Source of the DNA: Eledone cirrhosa
Taxonomy: Eukaryota
Direction: 5' to 3'
Assembly (NCBI GenBank): GCA_964016885.1
Contig: OZ024744.1
Location: 39,308,001 to 39,372,000, forward strand
DNA length: 64,000 nt
Part shown: piece after piece, positions 12,898 through 23,954 of the stretch
How positions within the stretch are numbered: the first letter of the stretch is position 1
Layout: each line of letters starts with the position of its first letter
Program-made: the position numbers and the translations under genes
Notes under the pieces: generated by a model
What the model was told of the DNA's origin: nothing
Databases searched by the model: none
Seen by the model: only the letters and a program-made list of their open reading frames with translations

Positions 12898-13454
12898 TTT
12901 TTTTGTTTTTCTGAATGTAATTAAGAAGGTTATTATTAATTAAATTTTAAATTATTTTATTTTTGTTAATTTGTAAAAAAAAAAAAAAAAAAAATGTCTA
13001 AGAAAAGTAAATCGGAAGGTATCGAGAAGGTCAGTGGGTTCTTGGTATGGTGGAGCGAGATACCAATGTGACAATGATGGTACCCGTGGACCAACGAGAT
13101 GCAGCGACCCTATGTTCGCCCAGGTCGCATTGTAACCGATGGCTGGCAGTTACAGTTGTAAACCATCGTTACAACTTTGTGGACCCCAATGACCCTACAA
13201 TCCACAAAAACCGTGTGGAAGGCAGCTGGGCTTTGCAAAGTCCGGCACTCATCTTCAGGAGTTCCTTTGCCGCCGTGCTAGTTAAAAGAAGATCTTCGGC
13301 AATACTCTATATTGGATACAACATTATTATGATGTATAATAGACACTTTTGAATATTATAATTTATGTTTAAAAATTTTTTTTAAATAACAAAAATAAAA
13401 AAAAAAATAATAATAATAATTTAAAATTTAATTAATGATAACTTTCTTACTTAA
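12895..13454 (+). mobile_element. Merlin (IS1595/ISXO2-like) DNA transposon remnant with deleted transposase (about 12997-13260)
   Basis: GRYREGQWVLGMVERDTNVTMMVPVDQRDAATL...VNHRYNFVDPNDPTIHKNRVEGSW; AT-rich inverted arms 12895-12975 vs 13375-13454 plus 14313-14338. Confidence 0.8.
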
Positions 13455-13717
13455 ACGGAAAAAATGAAACGATTTCATTTCCCACACTTAGTACGGCTGT
13501 TACTTAAATATAAGTATGTACACGTACATACATATATGTATACAGACGTACAGTAGTATGTATATATATATATACATACATGTACACATATATATATGTA
13601 CGTATGGATTCACCGAACATTTATTATAATGCTCGGTGTGTTTGTAAACAAACATCCCGTATTAAGCCGTAGTGTCTAGCAACCATCGTTGCTCGTTTGT
13701 TCAACACTGACAAAGGA

Positions 13718-13760
13718 ACGCTGTACTAGTTTCAAGCTTATTAGCTATCGTCAGCAACGT
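13718..13760 (-). ncRNA. minimal type I hammerhead ribozyme
   Basis: ACGTTG-CTGACGA-t-AGCT-aata-AGCT-t-GAAA-CTAG-TA-CAGCGT; stem I pairs; palindromic stem III ACTAGT; GUA cleavage triplet. Confidence 0.75.
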
Positions 13761-14036
13761 ATACCTTCCTGCCAGATTGTTGAACGTATATACTTACCTT
13801 ATGCATATTAACGGCTGAGTAGCCCAATTTGCATATCGAGTGGGTTAATCGGCCGGGTGCACCGAATTTAAGTAACAGCCGTACTAAGAGTGGGAAATGA
13901 AATTTCGTTTCATTTTTTCCGTTTATCGTTTTCGGTGCACCCGGCCGATTAACCCACTCGATATGCAAATTGGGCTACTCAGCCGTTCATATGCATAAGG
14001 TAAGTATATACGTTCAACAATCTGGCAGGAAGGTAT

Positions 14037-14079
14037 ATGTTGCTGACGATAGCTAATAAGCTTGAAACTAGTACAGCGT
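14037..14079 (+). ncRNA. minimal type I hammerhead ribozyme
   Basis: ATGTTG-CTGACGA-stem II-GAAA-CTAG-TA-CAGCGT; predicted cleavage after 14073. Confidence 0.75.
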
Positions 14080-14399
14080 TCCTTTGTCAGTGTTGAACAA
14101 ACGAGCAACGATGGTTGCTAGACACTACGGCTTAATACGGGATGCTTGTTTACAAACACACCGAGCATTATAATAAATGTTCGGTGAATCCATACGTACA
14201 TATATATATGTGTGCATGTATGTGTATATATATATATATATATATACATACTACTGTACGTCTGTATACATATATGTATGTACGTGTACATACTTATATT
14301 TTTCTTACTTAATTACATTAAAAAGAAAACAAGAAACATAATTTAACGCGGACAACTACAAGATAACCACATCCTTGTTAGTGTGTATATATATATGTA

Positions 14400-14527
14400 T
14401 AGTTATGTAATAAAGAACATAAGATAATTATTTTATTTACCAATGGTTTCTTGAAGACATAAGTATATATCTTCAAGAAACCATTGGTAAATGAACTAAT
14501 TATCTTATGTTGTTTATTACATAACTA
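14400..14527. repeat. ~128-bp near-perfect palindrome
   Basis: TAGTTATGTAATAAA...TTTACCAATGGTTTCTTGAAGA / TCTTCAAGAAACCATTGGTAAA...TTTATTACATAACTA. Confidence 0.9.
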
Positions 14528-14932
14528 AAAAGCTCTGTAGCCTACTACATAGAGCACTCTCTTCTCCTTTACCTTTCCTACGGAAATATTATATATATAT
14601 ATATATATATGCAGAGGTTGTATTTAATTTGTTGGGATTCAACAAGCTTAAACATTTTATAACTGATATAAAGCACTCAACAGTTTAGTGGAGTAAATAC
14701 ACAATATATTTCGTTTCTGAATTTGTTTAGCAAGATTCTTTATCTGAAATCGTGTGTTGAAACCGATATTGTTATACTTTGGGAGGGCCATGTTGCCAAC
14801 AAGAAACACACGCACCAGCTGCCTTCACTTCAATTTAATTTATTAAATATTTATAAGTTTACAAATTTATAAATTTATAAATTTCTGGTTGGTTGGTTGG
14901 TTCCACAACCAGATAGTTGTTTATATATATAT

Positions 14933-14977
14933 AGTCATAGTTCTTTCGTCACACACTCTGTGACCTCTTCAGTGACT
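14933..14977 (-). ncRNA. minimal hammerhead ribozyme in the PLE 3' pLTR
   Basis: AGTCA-CTGAAGA-g-GTCACA-gagtg-TGTGAC-GAAA-GAAC-TA-TGACT; perfect 5-bp stem I and 6-bp stem II. Confidence 0.75.
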
Positions 14978-15289
14978 GGGGATTTCTTTCTTCGTTTCTG
15001 TGCCTTTCCTTTCTTCTATCCTACGCCATTTTGTTTGTGTGTGGGTTGCGTGCTCAGTTTGCGCATGCGCCACATCCGGGTGTCTGTGTGTGTGTTTGTG
15101 TTCATTTTTCTATTTTTCTATTTATATTTTTCTATTTTTCTATTTATATTTTTCTATTTGTTTGTTTATTTATTTATTTATTGTTGGTTGGTTGTTTGTT
15201 CTATGTGTGTGTGTGTTTTCATTTTGTCTTGTGTGTGTTTTCAATTGTAAGTTGTTTGTTCTATGTGTGTGTGTGTTTTCATTTTGTCC

Positions 15290-17575
15290 TTATATGTAAG
15301 TTGTGATGTTGCTGTTCCACTCATATTTTCTATTTAATTTTGGTTTTAATTCTTTTATGCTTACTGCCTCTGTAATTTGCCTAAACATTGCGTCTTTCTT
15401 GTGTGTGGATTCTATTTTTATTTCTATGCTCTCTAATTTACCCCTGTGTTCTATCTTAGCATGTTGGTAGAGCACAGATGATTCTTTACTATCTTGGAGG
15501 TCTCGCCAGTGTTCATTTATTCGTTCCCCTATACTACGAGCTGTCTCACCTATGTACACTACATTTTTGTTTCTACATTGTCCTTCAGTACATCTTATGC
15601 TATATACTACATTTCTAGTTTTACAGTTAATATGGGGGCTTATTTTACAGGTTATGCATTTCTTATCTATACATGAGGGTCTTTGGAACGGGTATGTCTT
15701 GCTAATAAGTGTTTTTACGGAGGTACCAGGTCTTTCTACTATCTTAATATTGAGATTATGTTTCTTTAGGGCCCTTCTAAATTTGTAGGCTAGTTCGCCT
15801 CTAGGGGTTGTATTGATGAACATTACACTCTGGTATTTATTGCTATCATACCATGAGTTTATTCTATTGGCCTTGTTCTTAGTTCTTTCTATTCTATTCC
15901 AAAATTTGCTCCTATACAAGGGGCAGGTCCCATTTATGTCATTATTTACCATTTTTTCCCATTTGGTTCTGGCTCCTTTATACACTCTGATTCTATCTCT
16001 CTGATTGTAGCCAGAGAACTGCATACGGTGGATGAAGTGTTGTATGTGTCTCTCTAGTTCTTCGGGGTTGCACATGCGGGACACATTTCTCATCACCCGT
16101 ACCAAATCCGCAATCAGTATGTTGATTTTGGTATGGTCCGAAATGGCCGAGTTTCGGTGGATCAGATGTTTGGAAGTCATGGGTTTGGCATAATGGGAAT
16201 GGAGGATTTGTTTTTGGTTGTTAATAGTATCTAACCAGAGCTCTGTGTCTAGTACAGGTAATCGATGGTTGGGGTGTCTACTTGGGTAGTCTATAGTAAC
16301 TCTAATGCTCTGGTGGATGGAGTTTGCTATTTGCTGGATGCTTTCCATTGTGTTTTTCTCTAGTTCCTGACTGTTCTTTAGTGGGGGTGTCTTAACTACG
16401 ATGTTTATATCATCTACGTAGCGGGAGTACATTATCAGGGTTAAGCTGTCTTCTAATTGTTCATTAAGTTTTTGTTTAAGTCTACTGTCCCACCATACCA
16501 TGAATAAGTTAGCTATGTCGCCTGCAATGCTAACACCAATGGCTGCTCCTTCCTCTTGGGCATATGTTTTACCATTAAATTTGAACATATGTTCCTTAAG
16601 GGTTAGTTTTATGCTGGCCCCTACCGCATGTGCAATCATTTTCTTCAGTTCATCGTGGTTTTCGGGTGTCCGTATGGCTCTGGTCCACCCGTTCCATCTA
16701 TCTGTGTGGGTTTTCTTGGCCATTGAGGTAATGGTAGGTGGTCTGCCTCTTGCTGGTCTTGTAGGGCACAGGTTGCTAAGGTCATAAGTGTCTAGGTAAC
16801 TATTACTATGGGTAAGCTTAAGTAGAAGTCCCAGCTCACTGGTATCAATCCCACGGAACTCAACCTTGCTCTCGCTGATCATTTCGACGCATTTCTCCAC
16901 AGCAAAATCCACGTCAATAGATGGATACAGGGACACAACATCCATACTGCCTATTATGCAGTTTGTTAGGTCCCCAGATCGGTTACCCGCGCCGATTCTG
17001 CTGAGGAGGTCCTCCGTGCTGTCACACACATCTGGGGACATCTCAATGATGGGGCGTATGATCAGGGAGAGGAAGTAGGACAGTCTGTAGTTACTAGCAA
17101 TGTTAGCCCCACAGACTGGCCGTGTTGGTGGTCCCGTGACAGGGTCCTAGCCCGTTTTATGGTCTTTACGAAGCCCATACAACGCCGGCACGTCATTGTT
17201 CCAGGCCTGGAAGTTGTTGGCAGTCCTTTTGTTGGGCTGCATTATATTTGTCCACATCACCATATGGGCATTGAGGGTTTTTTCTCTATCCTCATGCTCC
17301 TGTGGTGTTACCTCTCTTGTGTTAGTGATGTGGGGTTGCATTGCCTGGATGTAGTTTGGCAGGCTGTCAACCGACATTCTGCCAGACTTGTCTGTTGGAA
17401 AGCATGCTATCTCTCCATTACGCGAGCGCTGCATGAGCTTACGCAAGCCATTTGCAGATTCTTCTCCCAGTTGCTGGGCCTCTATTCTATTATGCTTCTT
17501 GCTATACTGTTCTATAATATTTCTAAGTTCGGATTTAGCTATACTAAATTGTGCCTCTGTTTAGCTATACTAAAT
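15290..17575 (-). CDS. PLE RT / GIY-YIG endonuclease polyprotein; 5' end truncated, one in-frame TAG at 17147-17149
   Basis: TDKSG, PALYGLRKDHK, RPV, SMDVVSLYPSID, GAAIG..IAGDIANLFM, YSRYVDD, LPVLD, CxxxxCxxC linker, VVYSIRC...YIGETARSIGERINEH. ORFs 17147-17446 and 15290-17041 are in the same frame. Confidence 0.92.
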
Positions 17576-18504
17576 TGTGCCCCCTTGTATAGGAGCAAAT
17601 TTTGGAATAGAATAGAAAGAACTAAGAACAAGGCCAATAGAATAAACTCATGGTATGATAGCAATAAATACCAGAGTGTAATGTTCATCAATACAACCCC
17701 TAGAGGCGAACTAGCCTACAAATTTAGAAGGGCCCTAAAGAAACATAATCTCAATATTAAGATAGTAGAAAGACCTGGTACCTCCGTAAAAACACTTATT
17801 AGCAAGACATACCCGTTCCAAAGACCCTCATGTATAGATAAGAAATGCATAACCTGTAAAATAAGCCCCCATATTAACTGTAAAACTAGAAATGTAGTAT
17901 ATAGCATAAGATGTACTGAAGGACAATGTAGAAACAAAAATGTAGTGTACATAGGTGAGACAGCTCGTAGTATAGGGGAACGAATAAATGAACACTGGCG
18001 AGACCTCCAAGATAGTAAAGAATCATCTGTGCTCTACCAACATGCTAAGATAGAACACAGGGGTAAATTAGAGAGCATAGAAATAAAAATAGAATCCACA
18101 CACAAGAAAGACGCAATGTTTAGGCAAATTACAGAGGCAGTAAGCATAAAAGAATTAAAACCAAAATTAAATAGAAAATATGAGTGGAACAGCAACATCA
18201 CAACTTACAATTAAGGACAAAATGAAAACACACACACACATAGAACAAACAACTTACAATTGAAAACACACACAAGACAAAATGAAAACACACACACACA
18301 TAGAACAAACAACCAACCAACAATAAATAAATAAATAAACAAACAAATAGAAAAATATAAATAGAAAAATAGAAAAATGAACACAAACACACACACAGAC
18401 ACCCGGATGTGGCGCATGCGCAAACTGAGCACGCAACCCACACACAAACAAAATGGCGTAGGATAGAAGAAAGGAAAGGCACAGAAACGAAGAAAGAAAT
18501 CCCC

Positions 18505-18549
18505 AGTCACTGAAGAGGTCACAGAGTGTGTGACGAAAGAACTATGACT
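18505..18549 (+). ncRNA. minimal hammerhead ribozyme in the inverted PLE pLTR
   Basis: Identical motif to 14933-14977 on the opposite strand. Confidence 0.75.
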
Positions 18550-19435
18550 ATATATATATAAACAACTATCTGGTTGTGGAACCAACCAACCAACCAGAAA
18601 TTTATAAATTTATAAATTTGTAAACTTATAAATATTTAATAAATTAAATTGAAGTGAAGGCAGCTGGTGCGTGTGTTTCTTGTTGGCAACATGGCCCTCC
18701 CAAAGTATAACAACACAATATATTAATAAATGGAAACTATATTTATAAAACCATATTTATTTTATTATACATATTTAAAGGGCAACCAAGGTAAATTATG
18801 GTGCGCTTTCATCAGATAAATTACAGATTTATAAATAAATGATCCTACCTTTTTTTAAAAATATTTTAAATATTTTTTTAATATTTTTAATTATTTTAAA
18901 TATTTCTAAATTTTTTAATATCTCTAATATTTATAAAATTTTTAATATATATATTTAATATTTTAATTCCGATATTATTTTAATTCTGACATTATTTTTC
19001 TAAGGACACCCCTCTAAATATATTTTTTGATGTAGATTGATAATCTTTAAATGACATTCTAAAAATTTATCCTCTTCGAAAAGCACATTACATTTTTCTT
19101 CTCTCTTTTTGTTATTCAAACATTCACACATCTTTCGACTAAAATAATTGATCTCACAAAATAATATATAATTTTCTCTATATATTTTGGAGTAAATCAC
19201 TCATCAAATTTAACGGTTAACAAACAAAATTGGAGTTATCTTTCCCATATTATGTTTGATAATCTATATAATTTCGCTAAATTAACAATATTCTGAAAAC
19301 ATTTTCAATGTTGAACAAAATTTTTGAATCCACAAATTGTTCTACTCACAACTTGAACCACCTATTTTTAAGTAAAATCAAGTATCTTCGTAATTCATAT
19401 TTGATATATAAACAACTAATAATTGTAATATCTCT

Positions 19436-19620
19436 ATAATTGTTTCTACTTTTGGCACAAGGCCAGCAAATTATTCAGTGCATTACTGGTACTTTATTTT
19501 ATCGACCCCGTAAGGATGAAAGGCAAAGTTAACCTCGGCAGGATTTGAACTCAGATCAGAAAGGGGCGTAGCTCTGTGCTACAAAGCATGTTGTCCGATC
19601 CTCTACCGATACTGCCAAAC
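19436..19620 (-). mobile_element. MetaSINE-like SINE
   Basis: Reverse complement of the 12199-12394 family. Confidence 0.85.
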
Positions 19621-19666
19621 CATACTCATACTCAATTATTAATCTATATAGATATTTATATACATA

Positions 19667-20453
19667 CTAGCAGAGTGGCCCGGCGTTGCTCGGGATTTGC
19701 TATAGGGTTCTTATATATTTGATATATATTTATCCTTATCGAACCTCGTGAAATAAATACGTTTGTTTATATTTTGTTATTGTGTATGCAAAAATATCTG
19801 TCCATAAATATATAATTATATATATATATATTAAAATAACAGACTAAAGTTTAAGCAAAGAATCACTGCTTTCACCCTTAACGGGATATTCTACCTAAAA
19901 GCAGTATGAAGTACATACACTAAGACTAATTGATGAAATCTTTGGCCTTGTTTGTTTACATTTTGTTTTTGTGTATGTAAAAATATCTGTACACGAATAT
20001 CTATATTAAAATAACATATTAATGTTTAAGCAAAGAATCGCTGCTTTCAACCTTAACGGGATCTTCTTAAACTAAAAAAAATCAATCTGGAAAACAGGAA
20101 GACGATACTTTGGTTCGTGAAGACGTTCCCTGGCATAAGAATATATATACACACACACACACACACTGATCGCGTCATAATGACGTAATGCAGACAGTCA
20201 GGCTTACAGACAGATATTATGAAGGCGCGACGACATATCTATGTATCTATCTAAAAAGAGAAAGACTAAGAGAAAGAGATCGCTAAATCGCCTAATGCGG
20301 TCCCTAGGGCATTGAAAATTTGTAATTTTTTTTGCTCAAAACACTTCTGGGGTCATACGAGTTACATGTATAAAGTTTGAAAAAAACCGGTTGGGTACTT
20401 CTCGAGTTTTAGGGAAACAGACACACAGACATCCTCTGTTTTATATATATAGA
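19667..20453 (-). mobile_element. non-autonomous Helitron
   Basis: 5' TCTATATATATAAAACAGAGG; 3' CCCGAGCAACGCCGGG..CTAG; A|T target. Confidence 0.85.
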
Positions 20454-22823
20454 TAACCTATCGTAATGTAATAAGATAAAAATACTTACAACCATAAATC
20501 TTCATATAATCTAATTGATTATATATACAATATTATAACTTGTAATATAGGTAAATAAATTTAAATTTAAACTCTGGAATCATATCCCCCCCCCCCCCCC
20601 CCCAAAAAAAAAAATTTAACGTAAATGCTAGCTCTTCTTCCTTTCTCTTCTTTCCTACGCATACAATAACTTATCATAATTATTTAAATTTTCCATAATC
20701 TAAAATAACGTTTTTTTTCCAGCCCTTGCATACTCATCTTAATAATTTGAAATATCTGACTTTTTTCTCTTATCCCTTCACTATCCAAGGAAAACTTGAA
20801 CCGTTAAAGTACAATTCTCCTTGGTTATGTCAAAATTTATAAACACACTTCGTATTTTATCTGATGATAGCGTACCAAAATGTTGGTACCCTTGAAATAT
20901 ATATAATAGATTAAATATGGCTTTATAAATATAGTTTCCATTTATTTAATATCATTGTATATATATAAAGGAAGAGGAGGGAAATGTACATATTAGTTGT
21001 CACAGTGAAAAAACAAGTAATTAGAATGTGTTCATGACATTTAAAAAATAAATTAATTAAATTCGATAAGTTTATATAGATTAAACAATCCATCTGTAAA
21101 TTTCTAATACAATGGACTTCATCAGTACGGAGCTAGACCAAATAAATTTAAGAATTGAATATATTGTTCAAGAGAATTGTTGATGAGAAAAGATTTTTTT
21201 AAAAATCGTTTTCAAGGAGCATTGGGCAAATTTTAAATTTTTGAAAGCATGTTAGCATTTAAACCGGCCGGATCAGACCAAAATTCTCTCCCCTCTTTCT
21301 GCTCAGACAGCCATAACTAGACACTGATACTGATGTTAAGGTATTGTTCTCAAAATAAATATCAAAATCTTATAGATTCGATATTCTGTGAGATAAAACC
21401 TTTACCTAAAAAATACAACAGTATATATGTAGAGTAATGTAAATGCTAAAGTAAGGTGCTTCATCGTAAGCATTTGACTATGAAAATAATCCAACACGTT
21501 GAGCATATAAGCCTGTAGGGGTCGAAAAAAGTGGCTTGTATACCTAACTTGTTTGATTATTTTCATATTAAAAAAACAAAAACATCCCTTGAAGCTGCTT
21601 ACGTTTAGCTAACAAGGTTAACATTTTTTTTTAAATATTTTACACAAGAAATTCTAGATGCAGAGAAAAAGGAACAGAAAAAAAAATGATTGTGTAAGAT
21701 GCTTTGTTGCTAATGTTTTGTTGTTTTTCTATTTTATTTCTTTGCGTATTTATCTGAGTGAATCACGAATGTGTATTTTTAGAAGGTGTTGGATTCAGCA
21801 ACCTGTGAAATGAACGTTTAGCTTTGTACATGCCTTAAATTAAAGTCTTCGTAGAATTTCCTTTTTTATTTCAGCTAATTGTTTATTTTATTTTTTATTA
21901 TTTTTGTGGTTGTCCAGCAATGATTTTCTTTCAGTGCACATCTTAACCGACATATGGGTGCACCGTTAGTGCATATTCTATTTTTTTTTTTCTTTTTTGC
22001 ACATTGCCACTATTACTAGCCTATCTGAATTTCATTCATGTTGAAAAGCTCAATGGCAGGGCTATTGCACAGATTTACTCACAATGGTAATATGCCAAGA
22101 AAATATATCATCATCATTTAATATTTTCTTTTTCCTGCTAGCATGGGGTGTGTATGTATGTTCCCTTCACTGATTTATATGAATGGAAAAGGATATAAAA
22201 TTGACAGGAAGCATGAAAAAAAAAACAAAATGGGGCATTACGAATGAAGTTTCTTGCATCGAGCTAGACCAGGGATCAGCTACTTTTTTTAATGGTCCAC
22301 TTTTGATTATTTTTTTAGTGCAATCTTTGTACACATAAAACTATGCTGATAATCATTTCTTCTTCTACACTGTTAAAACAAATAAATACATTCCTAATCT
22401 TTAGAACATTCATTAAGATACATTATAATTACTAGCAGGGTGGTTTTCTGCTAGCATGTGTAGTGTGTATATTGATATTATACGCAAGTATATAGGCATG
22501 TAGATATGTTACATCAAATAAAATCGTAATTGACAATAAACACAGAAATTGAACGAAGACTGCGTTACACTGTCTTATGTAATCAGTAACGTAATCCATG
22601 ATTATGTCATGCAGGATATTTTGGATTATAGGTTCAAAATTTAACCATACACAGCAAAGGATGTTCTCAAAGAATACATTTTCTCTTATTCTACTCTCAT
22701 TGTTTTTTTGTTTGTATACAACTCTGCTTTCATTACGACTTTTTGTACTTTAGCCTAACTGCCTGTTTCTTTACAGATTTGCAACGTATATGGTCTTTAA
22801 TTATTTGTATAACTACATCCTGT

Positions 22824-23591
22824 GGCGATATCCAATTTTAGCTGTCTAAATGCCGCTTACTTGCTGCAGTTGCTTCAATGTATGAGGCTATTCCAACAAA
22901 TTTACATTCCCCCCCTTTTTTAGCCGTTAAAAGAAATATAGATTTATTTATTTTTATTTTTTTGCGATTTATTTGCCACTGGGGCATAGATTTCTTTATT
23001 TGCCCCTTTTTTGTTTGTTTGTTTTTTTGCGATTTATTAGCCTTTTGGGGTCACACACGCCCCCGTAGAAAGTGTGCGACCTTTCTGCCAGGGAGCACAG
23101 AGAGAGGGGGTGCTCCCTTCTTCTCTTACCTGTACAAGCCGATATAGAGAGATGGCCCACTTACACGGGCCATTATTGCTACTTTCACCCATCTTTCATG
23201 GAATTGGCTGGGACTGAGTGCCTTTTTCGGGTGAAAGTAGCAATAATGGCCCGTGTAAGTGGGCCATCTCTCTATATCGGCTTGTACAGGTAAGAGAAGA
23301 AGGGAGCACCCCCCCTCTCTCTGTACTCCCTGGCAGAAAGGTCGCACACTTTCTACGGGGGTGTGTGTGACCCCAAAAGGCTAATAAATCGCAAAAAAAC
23401 AAACAAACAAAAAAGGGGCAAATAAAGAAATCTATGCCCCAGTGGGAAATAAATCGCAAAAAAAAAAATAAAATAAATCTATATTTCTTTTACGGCTAAA
23501 AAAAGGGGAATGTAAATTTGTTGGAATAGCCTCATACATTGAAGTAAGCAGCAAGTAAGCGGCATTTAGACAGCTAAAATTGGATATCGCC
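22824..23591. mobile_element. foldback MITE, Merlin-like (about 365-bp arms, 38-bp spacer)
   Basis: Arms 22824-23190 and 23229-23591 are near-perfect inverted repeats starting GGCGATATCC; 8-bp TSD CATCCTGT at 22816-22823 and 23592-23599. Confidence 0.9.
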
Positions 23592-23659
23592 CATCCTGTT
23601 CAGTGTTTTCCTACATTATCAGCATAGTTTTATGTGTACAAAGATTGCACTAAATATTC

Positions 23660-23834
23660 GTTATCGGTAGAGAGTCGGACGCCATGCTTTCCAGCATAGT
23701 TACGTCCCTTTACGGTCTGAGTTCAAATCCCACCGAGGTTTACTTTGCCTTTCATCCTTACGGGGTCGATAAAATAAAGTGCCAGTAATGCACTGGATAA
23801 TTGCTGGCATTGTGCCTAAAGTAGAAACAATTAT
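23660..23834 (+). mobile_element. MetaSINE-like SINE, slightly 5'-truncated
   Basis: B box GAGTTCAAATC; same core and tail as the 12199 family. Confidence 0.85.
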
Positions 23835-23925
23835 TTATTGAAGACTTCTGTTTATTTTGACAGGTTGGGGACAAATAATTTTCTTCTTTTACTTCCTAGC
23901 TGTAAATTCTTAGCATAATTTCAAA

Positions 23926-23954
23926 CCCCGGGCAACGCCAGGTAAATCTGCTAG
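23926..23954 (+). mobile_element. Helitron 3' terminus (hairpin plus CTAG)
   Basis: CCCGGGCAACGCCAGG-TAAATCTG-CTAG|T. Confidence 0.6.

Larger units (their letters stand above)
13455..14300. mobile_element. non-coding, hammerhead-bearing retrozyme-like / non-autonomous PLE insertion made of two inverted, circularly permuted ~430-nt monomers
   Basis: 13455-13508 is the reverse complement of 13867-13922; 13509-13866 is the reverse complement of 13931-14298; direct repeat TTTCTTACTTAA at 13443-13454 and 14301-14312. Confidence 0.85.
14711..18712 (-). mobile_element. Penelope-like element (probably Naiad clade), 5'-truncated, with inverted 1.13-kb 3' copy
   Basis: RT plus GIY-YIG frame at 15290-17575; 17581-18713 is the reverse complement of 14769-15923; TSD ACACAATATATT at 14699-14710 and 18713-18724. 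Confidence 0.93.
18714..20960. mobile_element. old element with inverted pLTR-like ends (18714-18828 and about 20850-20960), probable degenerate PLE
   Basis: Ends are reverse-complementary and contain TTTATCTGATGA(T/A)AGCG.ACC...GGT.CCCTT(G)AAATAT; SINE and Helitron nested inside. Confidence 0.55.

Noticed and set aside
13741-14108. Short ORFs in the retrozyme-like element
   Set aside because: They arise from the inversion junction or are not conserved in the 50842 copy.
17147-17149. In-frame stop in the PLE ORF as selenocysteine recoding
   Set aside because: The codon is TAG, not TGA, and is not at an evident Cys position; a nonsense mutation is the simpler explanation.
21075-21130. CTGATGA plus hairpin on the - strand as a hammerhead
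   Set aside because: No GAAA after the stem and no stem I/III partner.
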